A stretch of DNA of 64,000 bases from contig NC_086097.1 of assembly GCF_963921235.1 (NCBI RefSeq), forward strand, positions 105,650,001-105,714,000. Direction: 5' to 3'. How positions within the stretch are numbered: position 1 is the first letter of the stretch; each line of letters opens with the position of its first letter. The DNA is from Mobula hypostoma (lineage: Eukaryota). The notes below the pieces were generated by a model. It did no database searches. It had not been told where the DNA came from and was given only the letters and a program-made list of their open reading frames with translations. The position numbers were made by a program, and so were the translations under genes. Shown one piece after another: positions 50,365-62,931 of this stretch.

Positions 50365-50677
50365 GGGATTGACATAGGGACAGAATGGCCTATTCATGTG
50401 GTTGTATTGATCAGTGGGATTGACACAGGGACAGAATGGTCTATTCATGTGGTTGTATTGATCAGTGGGATTGACACAGGGACAGAATGGTCTATTCATG
50501 TGGTTATATTGATCAGTAGGATTGGCACAGGGATGGAATGGCCTATTCATGTGGTTGTATTGATCAGTGGGATTGGCACGATGGAACAGCCTATTCATGT
50601 GGTTATATTGATCAGCGGGATTGGCACAGGGACAGAATGGTCTATTCATGTGGTTATATTGATCAGTGGGATTGGAA
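50365..50677. repeat. 51-bp minisatellite, 6 copies plus a partial one
   Basis: Unit gggattgrcacagggacagaatggyctattcatgtggttrtattgatcagt; the fifth copy is 3 nt shorter. Confidence 0.9.
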
Positions 50678-50889
50678 CACAACAGAACAAAAACTGGGTT
50701 AGGGACGAGCCACTGAGCCATGCAGTGGTAATGGGAGTGAGATGTCAGAAATTTGTTTGTCTCAGTGCACACTAGGAAAATTGTGGACGTGGTGTTCAAA
50801 GAAATATGACAATATCACCTATGCTTCTTTACCATATTTAGAGATGATCATGATCAGTGGATTTCTCTTCTGGATTCCTCAACATTTTT

Positions 50890-51130
50890 GGCAGAATTTT
50901 GAGGAATCCAGAAGAGCAACTGCTGAAGAGAAGAGGAGACGCAGGAAGGGTCCTACTACCCAAGCGCCATATCTCAGATATTCCCAAGTCCCGACTGCTT
51001 CAGAGTCTGCAGATCCAGAATTGGCCTCTAGAGTCACCAATAATCATGCTGTCACTCCAGAGGTCTCTTCTTCACTGTTGATCTTCACAGGCGAAGAACC
51101 TGCCATCAGCATCATCAGCGATGATAAATT
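50890..51130 (+). mobile_element. RTE-clade LINE extreme 3' fragment
   Basis: NFEESRRATAEEKRRRRK, followed in another frame by RVCRSRIGL*SH (51002-51037), the RTE C-terminal zinc-finger motif. Confidence 0.7.
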
Positions 51131-52084
51131 CAGGCTAGATATTTTTCACTGTAGGGGTGCTGATGAACCCTAACAAATCATTGGAAAAGTAGTTAGTCCA
51201 AGAAAAGGGTATCAGTATCTTAAAATAATATACACAAAGGACAGGGAACTATGCAGTAGTTTGTTAATGTAACTAGGAGGATGAGAAGGGAAACTCAACT
51301 TATCAGGTCAGGGACTCATATGAAAACTGAATTAGAAGACAAATGTGTTTTTAGTTGTCTTGAGGAGTGCAGGAAGTGAAGTGGGTGTCTGATAACTGAG
51401 ATTAAAATTGGTCAATGTCCATATAGGTACTTCAACCCACCTACACTAAACCCATTTGCCCACATTATAAATTGTCTCCAGTGCCTTGCCTAGCGAAGTT
51501 TCTGTCTGTCCTTCAAGCATAATTATATGTAACTCTGTTGTCACCTCTAACAATACATTCAAGATTAACAGCCTCTGCTTTTATTTAATAAAAAACATGT
51601 TTCTCATCTCTGTTTTAAAAGATAAAGGACTCCTAGCTAAGATGCTCTTATCTCTCACATCTTTCCTCAGCTTCCTTTGCCCCTGGGAAAACAAGTTGGC
51701 AATTGCTTGCTATTAGAAACAGGAGAGGAAAAAAAGAAGCAAGTTGAATCAGAGTGACAAGAGTAGGGACACGGAAAAGGGTGGTTACCTAAAATGGTTA
51801 AGTTCTATTTTGAAGTCCAGAGGGCTACAACATGCCCAGAAGGCTTGTGTGGGCCACTTTTGGGGTGACGTAAGAGGTGAAGGGGCAGTGAGGTCAGAAT
51901 GAAAATGGGGCCGAGAATGGAAGAGGCACGGGATCTACAGTTGGTGGGATCTGGACCAACTCACAATCTGCTTCAAGCATTCAGCAGGTCAAGCAACATC
52001 TGTCGGGGAAGGATTTGTTGATGTTTTGGGTCAAAACCCTGCAACAGGATTCAAACTGCCCACAGCTCCTTCCCGCATCCCTAC

Positions 52085-52890
52085 AGATGCTCACAACACG
52101 CTGGAGGAACTCAGCAGGTCGGGCAGCATCCGTGGAAAAGATTGGTCAATATTTCGGGCCGGAACCCTTCGTCAGGACTCTAGAGGGAAGGGGCAGAGGC
52201 CCTATAAAGAAGGTGGAGGAGGGTGGGAAGGAGAAGGCTGGTAGGTTCCAGGTGAAAAACCAGTAAAGGGAAAGATAAAGGGGTGGGGGAGGGGAAGCGG
52301 GGGGCGGGACAGGCAGGAAAGGTGAAGAAGGAATAGGGGGAAACACAATGGGTAGTAGAAGGAGGCGGAACCATAAGGGAAGTGATAGGCAGCTGGGGGA
52401 GGGGGCAGAGTGACATAGGGGTAGAGGAAGGGAGGGGGAGGGAATTACAGGAAGTTGGAGAATTCTGTGTTCATACCAAGGGGCTGGTGACTACCTAGAT
52501 GGTATATGAGGTGTTGCTCCTCCAACCTGAGTTTAGCCTCATCATGGCAGTAGAGGAGGCCATGTATGGACATATCTGAATGGGAGTGGGAAGTAGAGTT
52601 GAAGTGGGTGGCTACTGGGAGATCCTGTCTGTTGTGGCGGATGGAGCGGAGGTGCTCAACGAAGCGGTCCCCCAATCTGAGTCGGGTTTCACTGAAGTAG
52701 AGGAGGCTGCACTGGGAGCACCGGATGCAAAAGATGACCCCAACACTCACAAGTGAAGTGTTGCCTCACTTAGAAGGACTGTTTGGGACCCTGAATGGTA
52801 GCAAGAGAGGAGGTGTAGGGACAGGTGTAGCACTTGCGCTTACAGGGATAGCCTATAGATGCTGCTCAGTCTACTGAGTTCCTCCAGCAA
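52085..52890 (-). mobile_element. Penelope-like element (GIY-YIG) with hammerhead-type motif at about 52144-52179
   Basis: ORF 52445..52750 VIFCIRCSQCSLLYFSETRLRLGDRFVEHL. The minus strand has agtc-CTGACGA-a-gggt-tccg-gccc-GAAA-tatt-gacc, and a short inverted arm at 52853-52889. Confidence 0.85.
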
Positions 52891-54230
52891 TTTTTTGAAT
52901 TGTTAAAGCAGGATTGTTATTTTGGAAGCTCAGGTCACCCTTGCAGGTTGAGCCAAAGATGTTCTGCAGAGTGGTTACCCAATCAGCATTTGGCTTTGCC
53001 TGCTGTCGAAGAAGTGCAGTTCAAGCACTAAATGCAATCCACTAAATTGGAAAAAGTGCAATTGCTGCTTAATTTGAAAGAATTATTTGGACCCTTGGTC
53101 TTTGTGTTCAGTCTACAAGGAAATTTCTGAGTTACTTGTGTCAGTCACCTTAACTCTTCAAAGCTCTCACATTTTCATCTGTCTTTAGTCTTTAGCTTCC
53201 CACATTGCTCCAATGATGCTGAATTCACCATTCCACTCTGGCTAATTTAATTGGCAACAGCACAAGAAAAAAAAAACTCACTGTTTACATTCAAAACTTG
53301 TAAGGGATACATGAGACATAGACATTTTAATCAGAGTAATTTTGAAAGATCTTGAGGGGAAATAACAACCATGAATATTTTGATAGCACATATCCCTTAC
53401 TAATCTTTTGTTGAAAAACATTTAAATTCTTTGAATCTGCAAATCTCTGTCAAGAGCAGAAAATAGTTATGCATCTAGATTATAACTTGGTTGAATATTT
53501 ATATTCAGATATACAATGTAGAATATGGATTTTATTTGTAATCTGTAGTAATTTTGCTTTTGCACTGCGCTGCTGCCACAGACAAATTCCGTGTCACCCA
53601 AGTGATATAACTAATTCAGGAAACAAACAGGATGAGAAGCTGGAAAGTTATAAGATATTTAAAGCAATTGATCAGTAAATAGTTGCTTTTGCTGCATTGG
53701 GAGTGAAATGCAGAGCAGTGGAATATATGGAGACAATTGTGAACAATCGTTCTCTGATGCAATTTGTCTTTTAACCCTGTTCTATCAATGTACTTGCCTG
53801 GGCTGAATGGTCAGTAGAGTGAGGTCCTGGATGATTTACAGGATCCATTTGACTTTAGCTTGGCATTGATCAGTAGGAGAAAATCCTCATCTGCAGGGAG
53901 AGTGAAAAGGGTATCTTGGGGTGTGGATGGGCCTTTCCAATTTCCTTGTTTTTAGTCAACTTTCTAATTATTTTTCTAATGCAAATGATCAGTATTGTTG
54001 GTTAAGGATATCAGTGGATTTTCTTATAATTAAAACAAACAAGGAATTATTTAAAAATGGAGGGAATAGGTGTGTTGATACTGTGAGGATTTAACCATAT
54101 CAGTTGCATAGCCTGTTAAGAAAAGTTTTGAAAAACTTTTGTTAATGATAACTGATTCGACACCAGTTTACTTAAGAAGTAATCATCCAGATGGAAGTGG
54201 TCTGACTCTATGGGCTTTTTGTGTCTGCAG

Positions 54231-54372
54231 ATTGTACACACCTTTTACAGAAGACACGGATAACATTGGACAGCGTGCTGTAAATTCCATTTTGAACACT
54301 CTTATTATGATCAGTGTAATTGTGGTGATGACACTGATTCTTGTACTCCTCTACAAGTACAGGTGCTACAAG
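54231..54372 (+). CDS. PSEN1: Presenilin coding exon (loop 1 plus TM2; equivalent to human PSEN1 exon 5)
   Basis: ctgcag| acceptor and AAG|gtaagt donor; 142 nt as in human. The first A completes the TT|A Leu codon. Encodes [47 protein letters not shown]. Confidence 0.95.
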
Positions 54373-54467
54373 GTAAGTATGTGCTACAGATTTCCTTGAT
54401 TTGTAAGGCACATGTTTTGTTATCCCCTCCGAGAGAATGAGGGGTATAAACTGTAAGCTGCTTCTAT

Positions 54468-54547
54468 CAGGGGTTCCCAAGCTGTGGCCCAGGGACCCCT
54501 TGGTTAATGGTAGGGGTCCATGGTATAAAAAAGGTTGGGAACTCCTG
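54468..54547. mobile_element. 80-bp hAT/Charlie-like MITE
   Basis: TIRs CAGGGGTTCCCAA and TTGGGAACTCCTG (12/13 complementary); no TSD recognised. Confidence 0.65.
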
Positions 54548-55494
54548 CAAGAGTTATCTCCAAAAGATTTTTCTGGTTGGTGGTGGAGACTGGGTTAAAT
54601 CTTGAGGGTGAGGGTGATGTCATTGGTTTACAGCAGTTGCACATATTTAATCTTCATAGAATGTGTTGAAGCTGGTAAGGCCAGCTTCCTCTTGTGTTAT
54701 CTTCTCTGTTCAATGTGTTTCCTTAATCAATGGCTTGTATTTGTTCACATCAGTGTTACCATGTGCTCACCAATCTGTCTTTCAACTATTCTGCTGGCCT
54801 TTTATGTATCCCTGAAGACTAGCCTGCGTACTAACCTGTGGAGTTCCTTGCTTCATTTTCTTTTCTTTCTTCCATTAAGCACCGTTTTAAAAATCTCTAC
54901 CTTTTTAATGTGTCCTATAGCTACTTTATTGTGTTAAATTTTCTAATGTGTCCTCTTGTAATGCAGTTTTGGACATCTTGCTGTTGGAAAAGCTATCCAA
55001 ATCCATGTCATTGTTTCTGTGTTCAATATTGTCTCGGGATCTGCTGCCCCTGCACAGGAAAATTTAGCAAATGTATTTTTTCTGTCCCAAATCCTAATAA
55101 TTTCTGTTTGTTAATCAAATTGCCCTAGCTCAAGTCCTGGTTTTTATTCACCTCTGTGCCAGTACTTTGCTATACTGATGTTCTGCTCAATTCTGGCTTT
55201 TATTTCTGGTTTAGGTACCATTTTGTCCACTCAAGAGTTTGCTTCTTATCTATCCTATGTTTCTAGTTTTTTGGAGACGAAAGAGGATGTATTGAAATAA
55301 TTATAAAAACATTTATAGAATATTCTTTTCTGATGGGAGTAATCATTTGAATGAATATAGTTTGTGGGAAAGATGACTAGTACATAGAGCCAATATCGTC
55401 AGGACAAGGTAAACCAGTGTTGCAGGTTGAAACCAATTTGGAAGTGGGTGGACTTCCAGGGTGAAATGAAGAGAAAGAGTGTGTGCTGGTGCCT

Positions 55495-55770
55495 TATAGT
55501 GCCAACACCTTGTGTTCAGTCTTGACCTCAGGTACTTTCTATGTGGAGTTTGCATGCTCTCCCTATGACTGTAACTTGGTGAATCATTTTTCTCCCACAT
55601 CCCCAAGATGTGCAGGTTGGTGGGTTGATTTTCCCTGTGTGTAGTTAGGTCAAGGGGGAGTCAGGTGGAGATGATGGGTGTGTGGGATAGAATGGATTAC
55701 TAGGAAATGGGACTGACGAGATTGCTCTGAGAGTTGGCATGGACTCAATAGGCCTCTATATTGGAACAAA
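55495..55770 (+). mobile_element. V-SINE (HE1-like) relic
   Basis: tgtggagtttgcatgctctccctatgactg...tctcccacatccccaagatgtgcaggttgg resembles the V domain. Confidence 0.6.
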
Positions 55771-56292
55771 ATAAATGAAATTTCCCCTAGTGTAGGTGGG
55801 TAGCAGGAAAACTGTGATGGGAAAGTTGTTGGTAATGTGAGAGAGAATAGGTTGCAAAGAAAAAGGTACTGTATATAATAGGAGACCCAACATGGGCTTG
55901 GGGTCAAATCATCTCTTCTGTTGTATGAAAGTATGAGAAATATTACATGAGAATTTGAAAAAGTAAAGAGCAGTTTGACACCATAAATTTGATATTTATG
56001 GGAAGCATTCACAGGTGGTTGTAAGCTCTGTGATAATGTGGAGACTGGTGAACTGTAGGCTCATGTAGATGATGTAGTGGCAGTAACAGTCACCAAACTT
56101 AAACGAAAAGGCAGGTGGAAACTGCATACTCTTGGCTAAAAGGAAGAATAGTGACATGATAATGTCTTCATTAATGGTAAACATCAAAATCATATGTGGA
56201 TAAAAATCTCAAAGATGCATGAACTACTGTTGTGATAACAAGGGAGATGTGGGAGCGTGGAGTGAGGCAAGAGCAAATCTTCAATTATCTCC

Positions 56293-59200
56293 TCACGTAC
56301 CCTGTGACGGGAATAAAGAACCAGCAGAGATGGAAAACACTTTGGAGTCCAGTATTGCTATTAACTAATAATATTTATTAGTAACTATGCAATACAGTAA
56401 TATAAGTGTAGATAAATCGAACAAGTTAGCATAAGTAAATCAGTAGGTGTGGAAATATATGTGAAAACCAAGCTTCATCAAGTCTAGGGGTAAAAAGATA
56501 CAGTCTTACGATGATGAGTAAAGTTCAGTTCAGTTAGTGGTATTGAGTTGAGTAGTGATGGGGAGAGAGAGGAGGAGAGATTTGAGTCTTCAGGTGAGCT
56601 GACGCCGTCGATCTTCTCGTTGTCCTCTGAAATCCTTTAAAAAGTCACTGACTATGACCACAACAAAGGGGACTAGTTTTCTGTGGTGGAGCTATCACCC
56701 AGGCAAGGGTGGACACATGGACAACTCCCCACCAGTCAACCCCTTTCCTTTTCACTGTAAGAGCCACTGATCAATCTGCCTGATCAATCCTCCAAAAACC
56801 CACTTTTTCTGCGGGCACAACAAAGCTCATTCAGTATCCAAAACATGTGTCTGAGGTCTATATCATCTGACCTCCTATTTTATCTTCCCGTACTGAGCAT
56901 CAGCTGTCAGTCAAATAACTTCTCCTTCCTTTGTGTAAGAAATGTACAAGCAAGCAAATATCCTTGAAGAAAATACAAACAATCCATGAGCAGTCTTCAT
57001 CTCCCTCCCTCTCTCTCTTTTAAAACAAGTTGTTGGTGTTAAATAACTCTCTCTCTCTCTCTCTTTTCCAAAGCACAGTTCATAGGGGTAATCGAGCACA
57101 GTTCATGGGGGTAATTCAGGACCCCGTTACACCCCTTTCTTCAGAAAAAAGAATTTTTGACGAAGGCGAAATTTTTAGTCTAAATGTAAATTGCAGAGTT
57201 TGAAACAATACATGTATGATCATCAGATGACAGCAAAAATATGTACAATTTCCAACTTAACATCTGGATGAGCAATCAGCGATAATATTGTCAGTACCTT
57301 TCACATGTTTGATTGTCAGATCAAATTCTTGCAATATCAGACTCCAATTTAACAACCTTCTATTCTTACCCTTTATCTTAGTTAGAAACACCAACGGATT
57401 ATAATCCATGTAAACCACAAGTGGTCTCTGGGTGACAGAAAGATTTCGAGGTTTTTTTTTTGAACAGAGGTCTCAAAATGTTGCAAGGCCAGAATAAGTG
57501 CTAGTAATTCCTTTTCAACAGTTGAATAATTTCTTTGAGAAATAAGCTACTGAGTGTTCAATGTCATCCACACCCTTCTGTAACAGTACTGCCCCAGCAG
57601 TTTCGTCACTAGTGTCTGTTGCTATCGAAAATAGTTTTGAAAAATCAGGTGCTTTGAGCATAGGATGATAACACAGGATGGTTTTCAGACGTTCAAATGC
57701 CTCCTGGCAAAGGTCATTCCATAAAAATCTTTCACTCTTCCCTAGGAGTTTTGTTAGGGGGAGAGCGATGTCAGCAAAGTTCTTACAAAACTTACAATAA
57801 TACCTAACCACTCCTAAAAACCTACTCAAAGCTTTCTTGCCGGTCGGAACAGGAACCTCATCAATAGCTTGAACCTTGGCCTGTACAGGAGCCAGTTGGC
57901 CTTGGCCCACCACATAGCCCAGATATGTAACTGTGGCATCACCAAATTCACTTTTAGTGAGGTTCATGGCAAGATTGGCCTTGGGAAATCTGTCACACAG
58001 TTTTCCTACAGCTGCAATATGCTCTTCCCACGTGTCATTCCAGACCATTAAATCATCGATATAAACCCCTGTGTTTTCTAAACCTCTAATCACAGAATTG
58101 ATCATTCTTTGAAATGTCCCTGGTGCATTTTTCATCCCGAAGGGTAAACCATTGTGCTCATACAGTCTAGACAGTGTCACAAATGCTGATATCTCTTTAG
58201 CCCTCTCTGTCAAAGGAACACCCCATCATCCTTTTAACAAGTCAATCTTAATAAGGTATTTAGCCTTCCCCACTCTATCAATACAATCACTCATTCTCTT
58301 TCCTTGTTCTTTCTTGTTTCTAATTTCTTCAACCATTTTACTTCTCTCAAAGTTCACTCTGTGAAGATACTGTTTCATGGGCTGGGCTGAATTTATAATG
58401 ATGTAATGCACTGCACCTGTGCACCGCTTCAAAATGCCAATTAGTCCTTTCACTTGTTTTTGAGGTTTAGGGTCCAACTGATGGACCTTATCAGTAATCT
58501 TTTTCAAAACAATGGAATCTGACGTCTTGGTGAGATTAGATTCAGTAGGTAAACATGTTTTTCCATCCCATTATCAGATTCCACGACTCCATTTTGTTCC
58601 ATAACAATTCTCCCAGCTGAATTCCAGCAAACAAGTGTTTTATTTTGATTCGACCATTCTGTAAACCCTCCTTTGCAAGGCCACAAATCTTAGTAAATCC
58701 CTTCCAGAATTTTAAAACATAATTAAGCACACTGACACATGTTTCCAAATCAGACCATAGTTCTCTGAATAGGGTCAAAGGTCCTTTTGGCCTGTAACTG
58801 GACACAGGTTCCAACAAACTACCCTCCAATGCCTTCTGAATCGAATCTCCAACAATAAATAAGAGTAGGGGAACCCTCTCGTTCCAATTTTTCCCATTTC
58901 TCACACAATATGCTTTAATCATGGTCTTAAAAGTTGAGTTGAAGCGTTCCAAGGCTCCCTTGGACTCCGTGTGATATACAGATGATACCATGTGCCTAGC
59001 TTCCAGTTCTCTAACTATCCCCTGGAATGTTCTCGAAGTAAAGTTACTGCCCTAGTCAAATTGCATTTCTTTGGGCAGACCTACCAGTATGAAAAACTTA
59101 CTGAATGACTTCACCACAGTCTTGGCCTCGATATTTTCAAAAGACACTGCTTCAGGGATCCTAGACACAGCACACACAATTGTTAACTCATACTGATAAC

Positions 59201-62036
59201 CAGCTGCAGTCTTTGGCAATGGGCCTACACAATTCGCTATGACCCTAGAAAAAGATTAATCAAAAGCAGGTATTGGTTTAAGTAGTGTGACTTGAATAAC
59301 CTGATTTAAATTTCCCCTCAACTTGACATGTATGGTAAGTCCTGTTACAATACACAACATCCTTTCTTAAACTAGGCCAGTAAAGTTCCTTCATAATCCT
59401 TTTCACTGTCTTTCTTACTCCATAATGTCCACCTAAAGGCATACTGTAAGCCATGTTTAAAATTTCAGCCCTGTAAACTTTCGGAACCACCACGTGACTT
59501 GCAGGCACAGTGGCTGGTCTCCACTTCCTCATCAATACTCCACCTTTAAGGTAATATCCCACTGGCTCTCTCCGAACCTCCTCGTCTGTGAGAGCTGTCT
59601 CCTTTAAAGCCACCATTTCAGAATCTTGCTTCTGTTCCTCTATATTCCTTCCTGCATAAGGACAAACCTTTCTCATACACCTTACTCTCATCAGCTTTAC
59701 TACCCTCTAAGTCCTGTGGAAATCTGGAAGGTAGAAAAGTCTGTGACACATCATCATAATTTAAACCTCTGGTTTTGCTGTCATAGGCCGCAACAGGCTG
59801 CCTAAACATGCTTTGAGTATCGGCACATGTAAAATAAACATCAGTCTTTCTGTGTGGTTCCTTAGCAACAGCCTTGCTCATCAGCTGAATTGCTGAAGTA
59901 CTCTTATCTTGGAGAGCTGTCAACCTCCCAATATTGTTTACCAAACTTGGCACCATCACCAGGCTTATGAGAACCATGTATACATTATGGAAGAGACCAA
60001 ACAATCCATTCATCTGATTACAACTTTCACTTCAACTTGCTTCCATAAAATCACACTGAATAACAGCATGACCTTGCAGGTGTGTACTTTCAAATGTCCA
60101 AACAAAATTCCACAGAGTAGCACATCCTTCCTCAGCAGGCCTTTGTCCTGCAAGCAGGGTCAAAGGTCACGCAACCAATCACCTTTTTCAGCACTTTATC
60201 CAAAAGTCCAGGAACAGCCCTTTTCCCATTATTTTCAGCAACACTGACCTCACCAATTTCCATCTTATCACTAACTTTTAAAACACTGTCTAATACAAGT
60301 GACTGAGAATCCTCACATTCCACTGGTACCAAGGTTAACCCCTTATTCACTGAACCAAGATCATCTGACACAAAAAAACTGCATTCCTTTTCAACTAAGT
60401 CAGACACCTCAGACTTTAACTGAGCTTCACAAGGTTCAGACCCTGTGAACTCACAGGTACTTCAACAACCTGAACACAGGCAATCGGGACAGCTGCCTCT
60501 TCTGGGCTGTCATCACTTGTCCCAGTTTCACATTCAAGGTCACCCCGAACCTCCCAGCTATTCTCTGGCAAACTCTCATCTGGAGTAAACTGAAGCTCGT
60601 GGGTTAAAACAATTTCGTCTGCTTTCTTAGCAGACCCCCGCAGGGTAGCGGCATCCTCTGAATTTAGGTATGCCCTTACATCATCAGGAACACAGCTTTT
60701 AAATTCATCAAACAAAACAAGCCCTTCTGAGCTGTAAAAATCATCAGGGTCTGACAGTAAACCTCTCAGCTGCCACACCTTCCTTTTAAACTGTCTCTGT
60801 CTTTCTGCCTCTTCTCTCTGTTTGTCTGCCTCTTTAGCCTCGTGGACCCTCCTCTTTACTGCTTCAACAGCCTCAAGCTGTTTTAATTTCAATTGCAATT
60901 TCAACTGAATCTCAGCCTCAGTAGGTTTCCTTCCAACAAACAACTCTAACGCCTCCTCATCAAACGTTCCCTTATCTATATAACGTTGGGCTATTACCGT
61001 CGGCATCTGAGCTCTCCTCATTATAGTGGTCACCTTTAGTCTTAACTTTGAGCAATTCCCAACAGCACAACCCTGGTAGCATCATCCAACGCTCCAGGGT
61101 TGGTTCCAACATAAACTTCTCAACACTAACGTCCATTTCTGCTGTATTTCCACACAACCAAATCAAAAAGTATTTTCCCCTATTAATTCGAACAAGTCTC
61201 CCACAATTTGTTCATATCACAGACGCAGGCCCCAATTTTGTCACATACCCCGTGACGGGAACAAAGAACCAGCAGAGATGGAAAACACTTTGGAGTCCAG
61301 TATTGCTATTAACTAATAATATTTCTTAGTAACTAGGCAATACAGTAATATAAATGTAGATAAATCAAACAGGTTAGCAATGATTATATATAAGTAAGTA
61401 AATCAGTAAGTTGGAAATATATGTGAAAACCAAGCTTCATCAAGTCTAGAGGTAAAAGGATACAGTATTACGATGATGAGTAAAGTTCAGTTTAGTTCGT
61501 GGTATTGATTTGAGTAGTGATGGAGAGAGAGAAGGAGAGATTTGAGTCTTCAGGTGAGCTGACGCCGTCGATCTTCTTGTTGTCCTCTGAAATCCTTTAA
61601 AAAGTCACTGACTGTGACCACAACAAAGGGGACTGGTTTTCTGTGGTGTCCACCCAGGCAAGGGTGGACACATGGACAACTCCCCACCAGTCAACCCCTT
61701 TCCTTTTCACTGCAACAGCCACTGATCGATCCCCCAAAAACCCACTTTTTCTGCAGGCTCAATCAGTGTCCAAGACATGTGTCTGAGGTCTATATCATCT
61801 GACCTCCTATTTTATCTTCCCGTGCTGAGCATCAACTGTCACTCAAATAACTTCTCCTTCCTTTGTCTGTGTAAGAAATGTACAAGCAGGCAAATATCCT
61901 TGAAGAAAGTATAGACAACCTGTGAGCAGTCTTCATCTCCCTCCCTCTCTGTCTTTTAAAAACAAGTTGTTGGTGTTAAATAACTCTCTCTCTTTTCCAA
62001 AGCACAGTTCATAGGGGTAATTCAGGACCCGTCACA
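56293..62036 (-). mobile_element. Gmr1-like Gypsy LTR retrotransposon (gag-PR-IN-RT-RH order), degenerate
   Basis: LTRs about 56293-57131 and 61239-62036; PPT (minus strand gaagaaagggg) at 57132-57142; tRNA-Pro-like PBS about 61216-61235. gag 60416..61033 (FDEFKSCVP...ADEIVLTH); IN 58542-59691 (GHYGVRKT..YWP..TCQ; YHTESKGALERFNST); RT/RH 57515-58507 (IDLLKG, PFGMKNAPGTFQR, YIDD, GAVLLQ). Confidence 0.92.
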
Positions 62037-62893
62037 CCCCATATTGGTATGTTAAGTGTTAAGGCCAGTGGGAGATGGGGGAAAGGAACAGTTCTTGAAA
62101 TGGATAGTGTGCTCTAGTCACTGCAGATGGAAGCTGAGCCAAATTGAGAGTTTTGGAAAAAGCGTAGCCTCAGTGAGGGCCATTTTTGGGAACAGTGATC
62201 ATAATATTGTTGACAGGTTCCTTAAGGTTGTCATAGCTAGGAGACGTTGGGGTGAGGATAGTGGGGGTAAACTCCCACTGAATGTTAAATGCTCCCAATG
62301 GCGTGCATCTCAGATAACCCCTGATAGCCTGTTCCTGGCTTTCACATTTGGCTTCACTACTAAGCCCAGCAGAACTGCTTCTGCTGACAGGAGAAGGGGC
62401 AAAGATGGGTTACTGACATCTTAAAACCAGTTGCTTTGGACACGTGGTGCTCATCGGCCATAGTTGGTAGCCCATCCAGGGGATGCAACATTCACATTCT
62501 ACTTCAACCAATGGAAAGCCATGTGATTGTTAGTTGTTACAAAGGCAGCGGGCACAGTTGAGATGCTTGTAAAATGGGGATACTGTTAACTTAACTGAGG
62601 AGGAGGAAGTAACAATACTGGTTAAGATCTTTCAACTCCAAATGGGATGGATCTGAGATAACTGGAGGAATGAAGGTGGTTTTTGCAGGGATTCTGGAGG
62701 ATGGTAGTTATTACAGCATGTTTAAAATTAGGTGTGAAGGATGAAGCTGACTGATGTTGGCCAGTCCATCCAGAATCAGTGGTGGAGAAAACCTGAGGTC
62801 ATAATCTAGCAAGAGCGGATAATAAATGAAAGGGAGCACAGACTTGTTCGAAGCAAATTGCATATAATCAAGCAGCATCTGTAGGAAGAGGTG

Positions 62894-62931
62894 CAGTCGA
62901 CGTTTCAAGCCGAGACCCTTCGTCAGGACTA
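62894..62931 (-). ncRNA. Minimal hammerhead ribozyme motif
   Basis: Minus strand tagtc-CTGACGA-agggtctcggctt-GAAAC-GTC-gactg. Confidence 0.65.

Noticed and set aside
47943..50677. The two tandem arrays as CRISPR-like or coding repeats
   Set aside because: No unique spacers and no cas genes, in a eukaryotic intron. The ORFs are open only because the unit lengths are multiples of 3.
50742..51173. 143-aa ORF with a pannexin/innexin-like look (LPYL...LFWIPQHFW)
   Set aside because: The FWIPQ part is the inverted copy of adjacent RTE sequence and the remainder is RTE 3' end, so the resemblance is probably chance.
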